Assembly: GCA_038883335.1 (NCBI GenBank)
Contig: JAVZMI010000002.1
Coordinates: 9,242 to 73,241 of the forward strand
Direction of reading: 5' to 3'
Source: Candidatus Bathyarchaeia archaeon
GTDB taxonomy: Archaea; Thermoproteota; Bathyarchaeia; Hecatellales; Hecatellaceae
Length of the DNA: 64,000 nucleotides
Made by a program: the position numbers and the translations under genes. Under the pieces are notes generated by a model. That model saw only the letters and a program-made list of their open reading frames with translations. It ran no database searches and was not told the origin of the DNA. Of this stretch, positions 18,176 to 28,598 are shown piece after piece; the first letter of the stretch is position 1; the number at the start of each line of letters is the position of its first letter.

Positions 18176-18934
18176 TTAAAAATCGCGGACTCCCTCTGAG
18201 ACAGCTGGTTTACAGTTAGAGACATTTAACTCCTTCATCTTCTGAGCCCACATAGCCACCAGCCTTCGATCCACCACACCTTTAACCCTGTCCCTGCCGG
18301 TGCAGACTGCACCCCTAACGCCGATGATGTCTGCACCTATCCCCCAAACCTTAGCGATATCATCAACGCTCAAGGAGCCCGCCAGAGCAACTGTTAGACC
18401 GTTATCATGAGCTTCAGCTGCAAGCCTATTCAACTCGTTGGTGTCTAGGAAGTCAAAGAGGCGCCTGCCGTCCTTAAGTTTGAGATCGACGAGGATGCCG
18501 TCACACTCAGCTTTATATGCTATAGCTGGAAGATCCAGCGGCGAGATGCATCCTATTTCCTTATAGTCACCATATCCTGAAGCAACGACCTTGACCTTAG
18601 GCCTATATCCTTTCGCAGCCTTACAAACAGCAACCATTAGTTCCGTGGCTTCGCTGAAGTTTCGAGACCCATATAGTCCCGCTTTTACATAGTCGACATC
18701 TGAGCAAGCAGCCCCAAAAGCTGCTAGGGCAGCTGTGCCTGGCAGATTTGGCAGATCGCCTAGTGTGGCGCTAACTTCCACATCTATTGCTACTCGTTTG
18801 ACTCGTTCTATGATCCATGGGAAGTTCGCCCCAAGAGAACCCTCTCGAGGATTCTTCACATCCAGTATATCAGCCCCACCTTTAATTGCCTCTAGTGCCT
18901 CATGCTCATCTACTACACTAACGAGAAGTTTCAC
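18176..18934 (-). CDS. mfnB: (5-formylfuran-3-yl)methyl phosphate synthase-like protein (MfnB / DUF556 family)
   Basis: 252 aa. MKLLVSVVDEHEALEAIKGGADILDVKNPREGSLGANFPWII ... GVRGAVCTGRDR resembles methanogen MfnB (class I aldolase-like). Match is to a sequence recalled from memory. Confidence 0.6.
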   Translation of the reverse strand: MKLLVSVVDEHEALEAIKGGADILDVKNPREGSLGANFPWIIERVKRVAIDVEVSATLGDLPNLPGTAALAAFGAACSDVDYVKAGLYGSRNFSEATELMVAVCKAAKGYRPKVKVVASGYGDYKEIGCISPLDLPAIAYKAECDGILVDLKLKDGRRLFDFLDTNELNRLAAEAHDNGLTVALAGSLSVDDIAKVWGIGADIIGVRGAVCTGRDRVKGVVDRRLVAMWAQKMKELNVSNCKPAVSEGVRDF

Positions 18935-19002
18935 TATAGGCGGCCTCGCAACGCTGTGAACTATTTATCCTCTGAGCGGATATATTTAACCTTGAAATCC
19001 TG

Positions 19003-20241
19003 ATGGTCTTTGATGTCGCAGTTGTTGGGGCTGGGCCTACCGGGTGCATGGCCGCATACACTGCATCAAGGTTAGGTTTGAAGACGGCTCTAATAGAGGA
19101 GCACAGGGAGGCTGGACAGCCTCTACATTGTACTGGAAAGTTGACTGCGAGGGCCTTTGAGGAGTTCAATCTCCCAAAAGACATAATATTGAACAGTGTT
19201 AGGGGTGCCTACTTGTACTCCCCCAGCAATGTTAGGCTGAGGGTCTGTAAGGAGGATGTGGAGTCTCACATAATCGATAGGGAGGCATTGGATGGGTGGC
19301 TGGCAGGGAGAGCATGCGGGGTTGGTGTAGAATTTCTGACAGGCATGAGGTGTCTCGAAGTAACTGGGCACGGCGGTTTTAAGAGGCTGAGGCTGCGGGG
19401 GGAGGAAAACTCATTGGAGGTTCTTACACGGCTGATCATTGACGCTGAAGGGGCTAACGCCACGCTGTTAAGGGGCATGGGTTTAAGGGGTGCAGAATCC
19501 TTCTTGGTTGGGTTACAATACGAAGCGGACGGCGTGGATTACGAAAGGGATGACTATGTAGAACTTTACTTTGGTAGCAGATTTACCCCGGGATTCTTCG
19601 GCTGGATAGTCCCACTCGGAGAGCATAGAGCTAGAGTTGGCCTTTGTGTGAGTAGTAAGGCAGCCTACCCTTGCAGAAAGTATCTGGACAGCCTTCTCAG
19701 AGAACACCCAGTTGTCTCTAAGAAGCTTCGAAGTGCCAAGCTAAGGCGCCTATTTGGCGGGAGAATACCTCTTCACGGGCCAATCTCTAAAACCTACGGT
19801 GACAGCTTCTTGGTTGTTGGGGATGCAGCAGCTCAGACGAAGTCAACCTCAGGTGGGGGGGTCTATTTTGGGTTGAAGGCTGCTAGGATAGCGGGAGAGA
19901 CCGCCGCCGAGTGCTTGAACGCGGGAGATTACAGCCAACAGCAATTGAAGAGATATGAAAGTAGGTGGAGGGCTAAGTTTGGGAGTGAACTGAAGTTCAC
20001 ATCCAAAGTCCGCACCTTCCTAGACAGACTCTCCGACAGAGACCTCGACTTGCTCTTTCGGCTATTTGGTTCCGATGAGAAGTTTATGAGAATTGTTGAG
20101 GTGTACGGTGATACAGCATATCAATCAAGGCTGTTGAAACCGGCTGCTCTCACAGCCGCTAGGGTCACCCTAGAAAATCCATCCAAACTGGGTTTACTCC
20201 TAAAGTTTGCCGCGAAGGGGCTCCTAAGCATCATAAGATGA
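19003..20241 (+). CDS. geranylgeranyl reductase family FAD-dependent oxidoreductase
   Basis: 412 aa. FDVAVVGAGPTGCMAAY FAD-binding fold. Size and internal motifs fit the digeranylgeranylglycerophospholipid reductase family. Confidence 0.75.
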   Translation: MVFDVAVVGAGPTGCMAAYTASRLGLKTALIEEHREAGQPLHCTGKLTARAFEEFNLPKDIILNSVRGAYLYSPSNVRLRVCKEDVESHIIDREALDGWLAGRACGVGVEFLTGMRCLEVTGHGGFKRLRLRGEENSLEVLTRLIIDAEGANATLLRGMGLRGAESFLVGLQYEADGVDYERDDYVELYFGSRFTPGFFGWIVPLGEHRARVGLCVSSKAAYPCRKYLDSLLREHPVVSKKLRSAKLRRLFGGRIPLHGPISKTYGDSFLVVGDAAAQTKSTSGGGVYFGLKAARIAGETAAECLNAGDYSQQQLKRYESRWRAKFGSELKFTSKVRTFLDRLSDRDLDLLFRLFGSDEKFMRIVEVYGDTAYQSRLLKPAALTAARVTLENPSKLGLLLKFAAKGLLSIIR

Positions 20242-20450
20242 AGGGGGCAATAACAATACGTAGCATGTAAAGTGGCTTCTGAAACCTATTCGCGGTCTCT
20301 GTTATTAACAGAGACAAGGTGAGGATGAGACGTTTTCTGGACCACATGGAAGGTGAAATTCAACTTTTATAATCTAACTGCAAGCATCCGTGGTCTTGCC
20401 AGTTAAAAGAAATGAGAGTTGTGGGGAGGTTATGTCTCTCTTCTGCGTGG

Positions 20451-20807
20451 CTATGCTGCAACGGCGCCTGGGAGCACCAGCATTATGAAGACTGCTACTA
20501 TGAGCCCATATATGGCGATAGCTTCGATGAAGACTACAAAGATGAAGAACTTCCCAATAATCTCGGGTCGTTCAGCTCCAGCGGCAGCAATCGAAGAGGT
20601 TGCTATGCTTAACCCTATACCAGCCCCTAATCCTGGCCCAGCTATAGCAATACTAGCACCTATCGCCATTAAGCCCAGCTGTGAAGCCACGGCAGCGGTT
20701 GTAGCCTCGTCTTGGGCGTGCACATTTAGTAGATTAGCCGCTCCAACCAGCGAGACACCCAAAACGAATATGAAGAACATCTTCGAATTGATCTTCACTA
20801 TTTCCAC
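20451..20807 (-). CDS. atpK: A-type ATP synthase subunit K (proteolipid c)
   Basis: GLMAIGASIAIAGPGLGAGIG ... ERPE ... EAIAIYGLIVA is a two-helix proteolipid with a conserved Glu. The true start may be internal. Confidence 0.7.
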   Translation of the reverse strand: MEIVKINSKMFFIFVLGVSLVGAANLLNVHAQDEATTAAVASQLGLMAIGASIAIAGPGLGAGIGLSIATSSIAAAGAERPEIIGKFFIFVVFIEAIAIYGLIVAVFIMLVLPGAVAA

Positions 20808-20872
20808 CCTGCGACCGAATTTGGATGGTTGTCTATTTTCATCCCTTTTGCTTTAAAAGCTTTTTGTTATTT

Positions 20873-21955
20873 TCATAGTGGGTGAGGGGGCTGGTGGAGC
20901 ACAAGTTGACGTTCCGCCTTCTCACTGGGCAAACCTAAATGTTTAGCTACAATAATAGCCATTAAATCACGAACCTCGTAGAGCTTCATATACAGGTAAG
21001 CGAGAATCTCAGTCAAATGGAAGAAGCGTTGAAAGAAGACCCTCCCACACTCGTTAGCATGATAACGCTTGAAGGCAACCTCAAAGATTGATAAATCCTC
21101 GTTTATCTCATATGCACCAAGTAAAGGAGAGATAACGTTTATGTAATAACCTGAGGTGAAGACTTTGAGAGAGTCCTTCTCCGTAGCCGCCGCAGCAGCC
21201 TTCTTGAGCTCTTTCTCCGTAACCCTATGCAGCGCGGGAATAAAATATTCCTCGATATCGCTTGGTTTAAAGCCCATCTTCTTCATCCTCAGGACAACCA
21301 TAATATTAACCATATCAAAGGTTACACCCAAGAGCTCCGTGCATTGACGGTCACGCCCCTTCAGCCCTCTAGCTTTTTCCCACTCCATAATGGACGTATA
21401 CTTGATTATGGTCTGCTCAACCTCCAAGGCTTGCCTTACAGGATTTACAATCTCCTTTACGAGATCCCAAATCTTAGCTTCTAGGATCCCGTCGCCGAGG
21501 AGCTTCAGGACAGGCTTAACATTCTTACTCTCCACAAGGCTTTTACAAGCTGCGGCGTCGATGTCTCTGTATGGGTGGATGAAGTTGGAGGCTTTCTCCC
21601 ACGGTATCTCCAAAATGATGGATTTGACTATTTGAGCGATGCATCTTCGGCGTATAGAATTGCTGAATTCTCCGAGGAAGTTTATCGCGTTATTGTCTTT
21701 TAGACGCGAGACGAAGAAGTTAAGGTCTGCCTCATATGACTTCATTAGGCTGTGTTCTACTTTCAGGATGTCAAGCTCTCCAAGCGCTGCCGAGGACACG
21801 TAGGGGGCGTATGGTGTACCTTCAAGCCGCCTCAATATGGCTTGGACGCTTTCAGCCCCTAGCATAGCATCATAATCACTCTTGACAAGAAGACGGGACT
21901 TCTTCCCCCTAGCCCTCGGCGAGAGCTCCCCATATTTGTATACTGAACTTAGCAC
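20873..21955 (-). CDS. atpC: A-type ATP synthase subunit C (V-type subunit d)
   Basis: 360 aa. N-terminus VYKYGELSPRARGKKSRLL ... LEGTPYAPYV matches the Y-Y-x-ARxR ... LL pattern of subunit C/d. Confidence 0.6.
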   Translation of the reverse strand: MLSSVYKYGELSPRARGKKSRLLVKSDYDAMLGAESVQAILRRLEGTPYAPYVSSAALGELDILKVEHSLMKSYEADLNFFVSRLKDNNAINFLGEFSNSIRRRCIAQIVKSIILEIPWEKASNFIHPYRDIDAAACKSLVESKNVKPVLKLLGDGILEAKIWDLVKEIVNPVRQALEVEQTIIKYTSIMEWEKARGLKGRDRQCTELLGVTFDMVNIMVVLRMKKMGFKPSDIEEYFIPALHRVTEKELKKAAAAATEKDSLKVFTSGYYINVISPLLGAYEINEDLSIFEVAFKRYHANECGRVFFQRFFHLTEILAYLYMKLYEVRDLMAIIVAKHLGLPSEKAERQLVLHQPPHPL

Positions 21956-22207
21956 TTTTCTTTCACCTTGGCAAACTCGAGAATTCTATTTGATAGACGA
22001 AGTAGCAAGATGACACTGCCGATAAACCCAACCGCCACTGCTATGAGGACTATAACAAACCTCACCGCAAGCGTTAACCCCATTGAGGCTGTGATGAACA
22101 AGCTTGCGAACAGAGAGATAAGTACCAACGCGGGCGATATTAGGCCGGCCAGTAGAATCCGCTTCATCGAGTAGCCTTTAATCTCCACTGGACGTAATTG
22201 AGCTAAT

Positions 22208-24682
22208 TTAAACAACCTTCGCAAACTTCCACTCAATTTTGAACGCCTCAAATGGTACACCATCTCCCCTATAGAACTTGGAGAACCATTCAACCCAGTG
22301 AAGCCTAAGGGTGTGGGCGAAGGTTATGATACCTTCCAGAGCTAGGATCATGAAGAGCGTGACCAAGAAGAAGATAGGCACGAACATAAAGCTACCCCAC
22401 CCCAATAGAGCTATCTCAGAGAATAATGCATGCACGATCCCTAAAGCCATTATCCGCCCATAAGATATGGTGTTAGATAGTGACTCAATCGCCTTGGTGA
22501 TAGCCTCGGAGAAACCTTCTGAGAAACCTTCAGCAATACCGTGGAGTAGTATCATCCCAACAAATGGCGCTATCAAGATAAGAGTGAAACTTAGAGGCTC
22601 ATCTATGATCATCCTGCCTACCTGGAGACCTCTGGTTAGTATGAGATAAGATAAGCCGCCATAGAACCAGAGCCATGAAACAGGGCACAAACATTCTTTA
22701 AATTCCCTATGTACCAGTTTGTTAGCTAAGTCGAGGACTATCCCAAAAATTATCTGAATTATCCCAACGATTATGGCGACCTTTAGCAATACGATAGGAC
22801 CACCGAAGTCCATTAAAGCAGGATTGAACCACAGCGGCTCCGATAGACCAGTCAACATCGTATACCAGTAGGGGCCCTCAGGGTAGTGGTGGTTATGAGT
22901 AAACGTTGGTCCGAAGAAGTCACCGTAGAGGAGACCGAACAAAATCGCCATAACTCCACAACTTATGATTAGCACACGCCCCTTATAGAGGGGATCCCAC
23001 ATCTCCCCCTGTATCTTATACTTGTCGAAGATGGGCTTTATGAGAAGGCCACCAACCAAGACAATTATGCCGTGGCCTATATCCCCGAACATCATGCCGA
23101 AGATTATCGGGAATGAGAGCACCATTATAATCGATGGATCCAACTCGTGATAGTTGGGCAACCCATATGCTTCCACAAGCCGCTCATAGCACCTTGCAAT
23201 GGTCGGATTCCTCAACACCGTTGGAGGCTTATCACCCTCCTCCTCACTTGCAACGTGAAGAACCACACCGGGGAAAGCCTCCCTCACCATGTTAGCGAGC
23301 TTTTCAATATCCGATTCTTTGACCCACATCTCGAATACAGTGGTTCTAGCTGTCCGTCTAGATCTCCTCTTCAACTCCTCCAACTTAAGCTCGATGCCGA
23401 CAGCTTCATCATAGGCGTGTAGAGGGGCTACTTTCCTCGCTATCTCCTCCAACTTGGCTAAGAGCTTGGGGTGCTCATCTGTGAGCACTTTTATCCTTTG
23501 TTCTATACGTAAAATATTGAGGGCTCTCTCCAATATTCTAACATGCTCAAGAGGGGCAACAGCCAGCAGCCGTCTGACTCTTTCCAGCAATGACTCAACC
23601 TCTGAGGGCTGCTCCTCACGCACAGCGTTAATTATTACGTCAACTTCTTGAAGAGTTAGATATTTATCGACATTGAGCAGAACCTCGAAGCCTCTCGAAA
23701 TTTCTTGCGCACTCCTAGAAACCCCTCGCACCGCTTCCTCAACTTCAGGAGAACCTAAGGTTAGACCAGCCAATTTATCAAGTAACCTTTCAGTCTCTCC
23801 GGCATTTGCCCAGAAACGCTCTCCAAGTATGGCTACGATTTCCTTGCTTAACTTCTCTCTTAGGTTCTTCATCGCCTCCTTAATGGTGACAGCCGATGTG
23901 CGGGCGGAATTCAGTTTGCCGACTGCCTCAAGCTTCTTCTCAACAACGTCTTTAGCATCGCGGAGAGTAACTTCAAGTTTTGCTACATGCTCCTGCGCAT
24001 CAGGCAGACTCACTCGGGTCTTCTCGGTGAGGGAGAGGAGCTCATTTATCTCATCGTAAGCTTCCCTTAGCTTAGCCTCATCGGGCGGTAGTTCCCCATA
24101 GGGGAGGGCTAACTTTCCGACCATATCCACATAGAGTAGAGCTTTCTGGACTTCCAGAAGTCTGCTATGGAGATCTTTTATGATATCCCTCTCAGCTAGA
24201 GATCGCCGATCTATTGCGGGGATGGATGAGAGGTCAAGCCCATACTCGCGGAGGAAGCCCTTAACCCCCTGCAGTTCATCATAGAACTGAACTCGGTCGC
24301 GTTCAAGGGATGACTTCTCCTCAGCAGCCATCTTAACCAGATTCTCAACTTCGGCGATACTAACCTCTATGCTCCGCAGCTGTTCTTCTATCTCTCTCAA
24401 AAGTTCCGCGGGCTCCGACCTGAGGGCTACTGGTTCAGGGGGGTGAGGGATGCACCCAAGTTTCTTCTTAACATTAATTATCCTGTTGGACAGGTGAAGG
24501 AGGTGGTCTTCCCTCGTAGACCTCTCAACATCCTCGGTTACAGTTTTATATTTGTTGATCTTCACGGTGTTAAGATTGATGAAGTGCGCTAAACCGAGTC
24601 TGCCTATGCTTCGTAATAGATCATCTATCCTATCAGACGGGGCTACAACCTCGACCCTAACCATACTCGCTGGGCGGAGCAA
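22208..24682 (-). CDS. atpI: A-type ATP synthase subunit I (a subunit)
   Basis: 824 aa. N-terminus MLRPASMVRVEVVAPSDRIDDLLRSIGRLGLAHF. Long coiled soluble domain then a multi-TM C-terminal domain. Confidence 0.75.
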   Translation of the reverse strand: MLRPASMVRVEVVAPSDRIDDLLRSIGRLGLAHFINLNTVKINKYKTVTEDVERSTREDHLLHLSNRIINVKKKLGCIPHPPEPVALRSEPAELLREIEEQLRSIEVSIAEVENLVKMAAEEKSSLERDRVQFYDELQGVKGFLREYGLDLSSIPAIDRRSLAERDIIKDLHSRLLEVQKALLYVDMVGKLALPYGELPPDEAKLREAYDEINELLSLTEKTRVSLPDAQEHVAKLEVTLRDAKDVVEKKLEAVGKLNSARTSAVTIKEAMKNLREKLSKEIVAILGERFWANAGETERLLDKLAGLTLGSPEVEEAVRGVSRSAQEISRGFEVLLNVDKYLTLQEVDVIINAVREEQPSEVESLLERVRRLLAVAPLEHVRILERALNILRIEQRIKVLTDEHPKLLAKLEEIARKVAPLHAYDEAVGIELKLEELKRRSRRTARTTVFEMWVKESDIEKLANMVREAFPGVVLHVASEEEGDKPPTVLRNPTIARCYERLVEAYGLPNYHELDPSIIMVLSFPIIFGMMFGDIGHGIIVLVGGLLIKPIFDKYKIQGEMWDPLYKGRVLIISCGVMAILFGLLYGDFFGPTFTHNHHYPEGPYWYTMLTGLSEPLWFNPALMDFGGPIVLLKVAIIVGIIQIIFGIVLDLANKLVHREFKECLCPVSWLWFYGGLSYLILTRGLQVGRMIIDEPLSFTLILIAPFVGMILLHGIAEGFSEGFSEAITKAIESLSNTISYGRIMALGIVHALFSEIALLGWGSFMFVPIFFLVTLFMILALEGIITFAHTLRLHWVEWFSKFYRGDGVPFEAFKIEWKFAKVV

Positions 24683-24911
24683 ACAGACTCACAACCAGTA
24701 AATTTCAATCTGAGGTAACATCTAAGTATCTTATAATTTTTAAGATTTCCGCAAGTTGCTTAGAAGCTGCTTAAAACTTTGAAAATAGACGAGAAACGCT
24801 TAAGACGTTATTGCCACCTATTGGAATCTTGCAATTAAAGGCTGCTCAGGACAGCAGCGGAGTGAGCCTTGACATTTCGCACCTAATAAATCTGGAGGAG
24901 GTTGAGGAGGG

Positions 24912-26735
24912 TTGTGTGGGATCTTCGGCTGCGTGCAGAGATCTGATCAGGTAGCCAAAGTCATCTACCAAGCTTTAAAAAGGTTGGAGTATAGGGGATA
25001 CGACTCAGCTGGGATAGCAACCCTCCACGAAGGAGTTATATTCGTGAAAAAAGATCAGGGAAAACTTGATCACATCCATGCGCGACTAAACCTTGAAGAT
25101 CTTCCCGGCAGGGTCGGAATTGGACATACACGGTGGGCAACCCATGGTGCACCGCTACAAGTTAACGCTCACCCACACATTGATTGTTCACATCGAATCG
25201 CCGCGGTCCATAATGGAATTATTGAGAATTTTGTAGAGCTGAAGAAAGAGCTGGAAGGATCCGGGCACATCTTCGTATCGAAGACCGACAGCGAAGTTAT
25301 CCCCCACCTTATAGAGGACAAAATAAAGGCTGGGTTAAAGTTCCCAGTGGCTGTGAGGGAAGCTGCAAAAAGGCTGGAGGGTTCATATTCAGCTGCAGTC
25401 ATCTATGAGGGAGAGCAGGATGGGATTGTCTGCCTGAGGGAGAAGAACCCTCTGCTAATCGGCGTAGGTTCAGAAGGGCTTTACGTGGCTTCAGATATAC
25501 CAGCCATCCTTCCATTCACCAATAGGATAGTTGACGTAATGGATGGCGAATTAGTAGTAATTTCTGATACTGGTTACGAGATACGAAAAATAGAAGATTG
25601 GAGTATCGTTGAGAGGAAGCCAAAAATTATTGACTGGAGCATTGAGACAGCTCAGAAGGGAGGCTTCCCCCATTACATGCTCAAGGAGATACATGAACAG
25701 GCTCGGTCGCTCAGAAACGCTCTGTTACTTCAAGATAGATACCTAGATCTGATAGCTACTTTTCTAGACCGCTCCAAACAGATATTCCTTTTAGCCTCAG
25801 GCACCTCATACCATGCTTGTCTTGCAGCTTCATATATGTTCAGCAAGTTTGCATGCGTCGCTGCCTACCCAGTCGTCGGATCTGAGCTGATCCAGCAGTA
25901 TGGCGATTCAATCCACATAGATAGTACCATACTCGCCGTCAGCCAATCCGGAGAGACGGCTGATATCCTCCAAGCCGCCGAGTACGCAAGGCTAAGAGCA
26001 GCGACAGTGCTGGGGCTGACTAACGTTATCGGGTCAACTTTGACTAGGATCTCCCGTGCATATATCTGCCAACAGTCAGGACCAGAGATCGGAGTGGCTG
26101 CTACCAAGACCTTCACAGCTCAACTTATTGTCTTGGCGCAGTTGGCCTTGCGGCTTGCAAAACTCAGAGGAAAGATTTCTCAAGATGAGATTGATGAGTT
26201 CAACGTTAGACTTAAGGAAACACCTAACCTTGTCGAGCTTGTTATCAAAAGGGAGGAGGGTAAGATAAAGCTCCTCGCGAAGAAATATCGAGAGTCGCCT
26301 ATTTTCTATTTCCTAGGTAGGGGAATTAGTAGTGCAACAGCGCTGGAAGGACGATTGAAACTCCTCGAAGTTGCCCGAGTTCCAGCCCTCTCTTACCCAG
26401 CTGGGGAGAGCAAACATGGCCCTATTAGTCTTGTCGAACCTGGTTTCCCCATAATATTCATTGTGCCTAGGGATGAAACGCGAAAGATGGCGCTAAGCAA
26501 CATGATGGAGATGAAGGCTAGGGGAGGGGTTATTATACCTGTTGCAGAGGAGGGCGACGAAGAAGTGTTAGGGTATGGTGAAGACCATATAGAGGTCCCT
26601 AAGGGCGCTCCAGAAATCCTCTCACCTATCCTCTACGTGGTGCCTTTGCAACTTTTCGCATACTATATGGCAGTGGAGAGGGGTTACGACCCTGACAAAC
26701 CATGTAATCTAGCAAAATGTGTCACAGTACTTTGA
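24912..26735 (+). CDS. glmS: glutamine--fructose-6-phosphate aminotransferase
   Basis: 607 aa. (M)CGIFGCV N-terminal nucleophile Cys, two SIS domains. TTG start preceded by GGAGGAGG. Confidence 0.9.
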   Translation: MCGIFGCVQRSDQVAKVIYQALKRLEYRGYDSAGIATLHEGVIFVKKDQGKLDHIHARLNLEDLPGRVGIGHTRWATHGAPLQVNAHPHIDCSHRIAAVHNGIIENFVELKKELEGSGHIFVSKTDSEVIPHLIEDKIKAGLKFPVAVREAAKRLEGSYSAAVIYEGEQDGIVCLREKNPLLIGVGSEGLYVASDIPAILPFTNRIVDVMDGELVVISDTGYEIRKIEDWSIVERKPKIIDWSIETAQKGGFPHYMLKEIHEQARSLRNALLLQDRYLDLIATFLDRSKQIFLLASGTSYHACLAASYMFSKFACVAAYPVVGSELIQQYGDSIHIDSTILAVSQSGETADILQAAEYARLRAATVLGLTNVIGSTLTRISRAYICQQSGPEIGVAATKTFTAQLIVLAQLALRLAKLRGKISQDEIDEFNVRLKETPNLVELVIKREEGKIKLLAKKYRESPIFYFLGRGISSATALEGRLKLLEVARVPALSYPAGESKHGPISLVEPGFPIIFIVPRDETRKMALSNMMEMKARGGVIIPVAEEGDEEVLGYGEDHIEVPKGAPEILSPILYVVPLQLFAYYMAVERGYDPDKPCNLAKCVTVL

Positions 26736-26833
26736 AATAGAGCAACTCCCGAGCCACTCCAAGATATCCTTATATAATAAAGTCGTAAATAAATAGCCAC
26801 TTCCATCCGTGAATATAAAAAAAAGTGATTGAA

Positions 26834-27259
26834 ATGCCGGGCGAGTTTGCTGGTAGGAAGCTCAGACTCACTAGACAGTCCTTCAGGTGGAGTGACCGTT
26901 ACTACAAACGGAGAATGCTAAAGCTGGATGTAAAGTCAGACCCCCTCCAAAAGGCGCCGATGGGACGGGGAATAGTCCTTGAGAAAGTAGGCATTGAAAG
27001 TCGGCAGCCTAACAGTGCCGTCAGGAAGTGTGTAAGGGTTCAGCTGATAAAGAACGGCAAGGTAGTAACAGCTTTTCTGCCAGGTGACGGCGCACTCAAC
27101 TTTGTGGAAGAACATGATGAAGTTTTAATCTGCGGCATCGGAGGACCTCGTGGTAGGGCTTACGGAGACCTCCCCGGCGTTCGATACCAGACCATCGCCA
27201 TAAATGGTGTATCCTTAACAGAGTTGCTGTTAGGGAAGAAGCAGAAGCCTGCACGCTGA
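26834..27259 (+). CDS. rps12: ribosomal protein S12 (uS12)
   Basis: [12 protein letters not shown] ... [47 protein letters not shown] ... ICGIGG is near-identical in pattern to archaeal S12. The ORF track starts 9 nt earlier at a GTG. Confidence 0.9.
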   Translation: MPGEFAGRKLRLTRQSFRWSDRYYKRRMLKLDVKSDPLQKAPMGRGIVLEKVGIESRQPNSAVRKCVRVQLIKNGKVVTAFLPGDGALNFVEEHDEVLICGIGGPRGRAYGDLPGVRYQTIAINGVSLTELLLGKKQKPAR

Positions 27260-27871
27260 AAGGCGATGGTGGCGCTCTCTTTACAGCTTCTACCGGCGAA
27301 TGGACATACCTTTGTCCGTTTATTTTTAGACTCTTATTCCGCCACGACTACGCGAGTTTGAAACAGTGATAAATTAAGGCAATCTTATTTAAGAGTGGTA
27401 AGACTTGTCTTCGCACGCAATATACTTTAGTGAGTATTGTTGCGTGTTCGAGACGGAGCTGTGTATTGCTTGTTGTCTCTCTCTTTGGTTGGCTCGAAGA
27501 GCCTTGTTCTCCCACCCATAATTGTCATCTTGACACTGTTTTCTTTCACCAGCAACTTCACGTAGCGGTTTACAGTGTACCAGAGGGGATTTGTTAAGAC
27601 TCCGATGTCGGATACTGTGAGAAGTCTAGTTGCGTCCTCTGAGAGAGCCGAGAAGACTGCCTAATTTCGTCTTGGTAAATATTCAACGTGGGTTACAGAT
27701 TTTGTAGGGTTTCGACATTTTAACATTTCCAATGTCGATCGATTTTCTTAGCACCATGTTAAATATGGAAATTCAACACTCAATCAGTAAGTAAACCCAT
27801 GGGCTAGATTATACTCAAAAAGGAAATCGAGCCCAACCCATGTGGCATAAAAATTACCTACTTGACCTCCA

Positions 27872-28321
27872 ATGTATAGGAAAACCTGCAAGTCTGAGGT
27901 TGGAATGCTAATTAAATTTTTAAATTGCCTAAGAAAGACCTTAACACCCTCGGTCGCTGATGTTTTTATTTATTACTCGGCGAAAGAGTGTGGAATCTAC
28001 TTGTACGGCTGGTTGAACGCTAACTATGAGCCTAAAAATGTTGACGAGCTTCTGTCATATCTCCAACGGTTCATGAAAGAAATGAAGCTAGGATTACTAA
28101 ACATATGCGCGTTCAACCCTGAGGATGGAAAGATTGTTTTAAGAGTCGAGAGAGGCTTCGAGGTGGAAACTGGTGTAGGCGGTGAGACATGTGTTTTTAT
28201 GCGAGGAATGCTCGAAGGTCTGATCGAGCAGATCATAGTCAGAAACATTACATTGGAGGAAACAGCGTGTGCCTCAGCTGGCTCGCCTTACTGCGAATTT
28301 AGCGCAACCATTAAGCGGTGA
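27872..28321 (+). CDS. V4R-domain protein
   Basis: 149 aa. C-terminal GETCVFMRGMLEGLIEQ ... EETACASAGSPYCEFS matches the conserved Cys/Gly pattern of the V4R (vinyl-4-reductase) small-molecule-binding domain. Confidence 0.55.
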   Translation: MYRKTCKSEVGMLIKFLNCLRKTLTPSVADVFIYYSAKECGIYLYGWLNANYEPKNVDELLSYLQRFMKEMKLGLLNICAFNPEDGKIVLRVERGFEVETGVGGETCVFMRGMLEGLIEQIIVRNITLEETACASAGSPYCEFSATIKR

Positions 28322-28598
28322 AGAGTAGATTTAGTGAACAAACGTGGGGTCCCTAGTCGAGAAAGACTTCACCCCTGGTATTACTTTAAATTCTTTAAAA
28401 ATCAACAAATACCGTTCTGTCAGTCTTAAAAGTCTGACCAGAGGAGACATTTTTACCTTTAGTCTTCTATTGGGATATTGGTGTATACGCCCCCAATTTT
28501 TACTCGTTCTATAGAAGCCTTCCATAGCTGCGATGCTTAGCTCCGCAGCCTCTCAGAAGATCGCTATTTTCACATTCATCTTGCCAATAGAATAGTGA

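Noticed and set aside
20419-20856. 145-aa and 66-aa plus-strand ORFs
   Set aside because: Antisense to the ATPase proteolipid gene; mirror-frame artefacts.
24860-24895. Imperfect inverted repeat AAGGCTGCTC ... GAGTGAGCCTT upstream of glmS, considered as a glmS-type riboswitch or attenuator
   Set aside because: Short and imperfect. The glmS ribozyme is bacterial, and the strong GGAGGAGG RBS just downstream fits an ordinary leader.
27440-27670. Minus-strand frame of about 75 codons in the AT-rich spacer
   Set aside because: Bounded upstream by a stop. The longest possible start (GTG) gives only 44 aa of low-complexity sequence.
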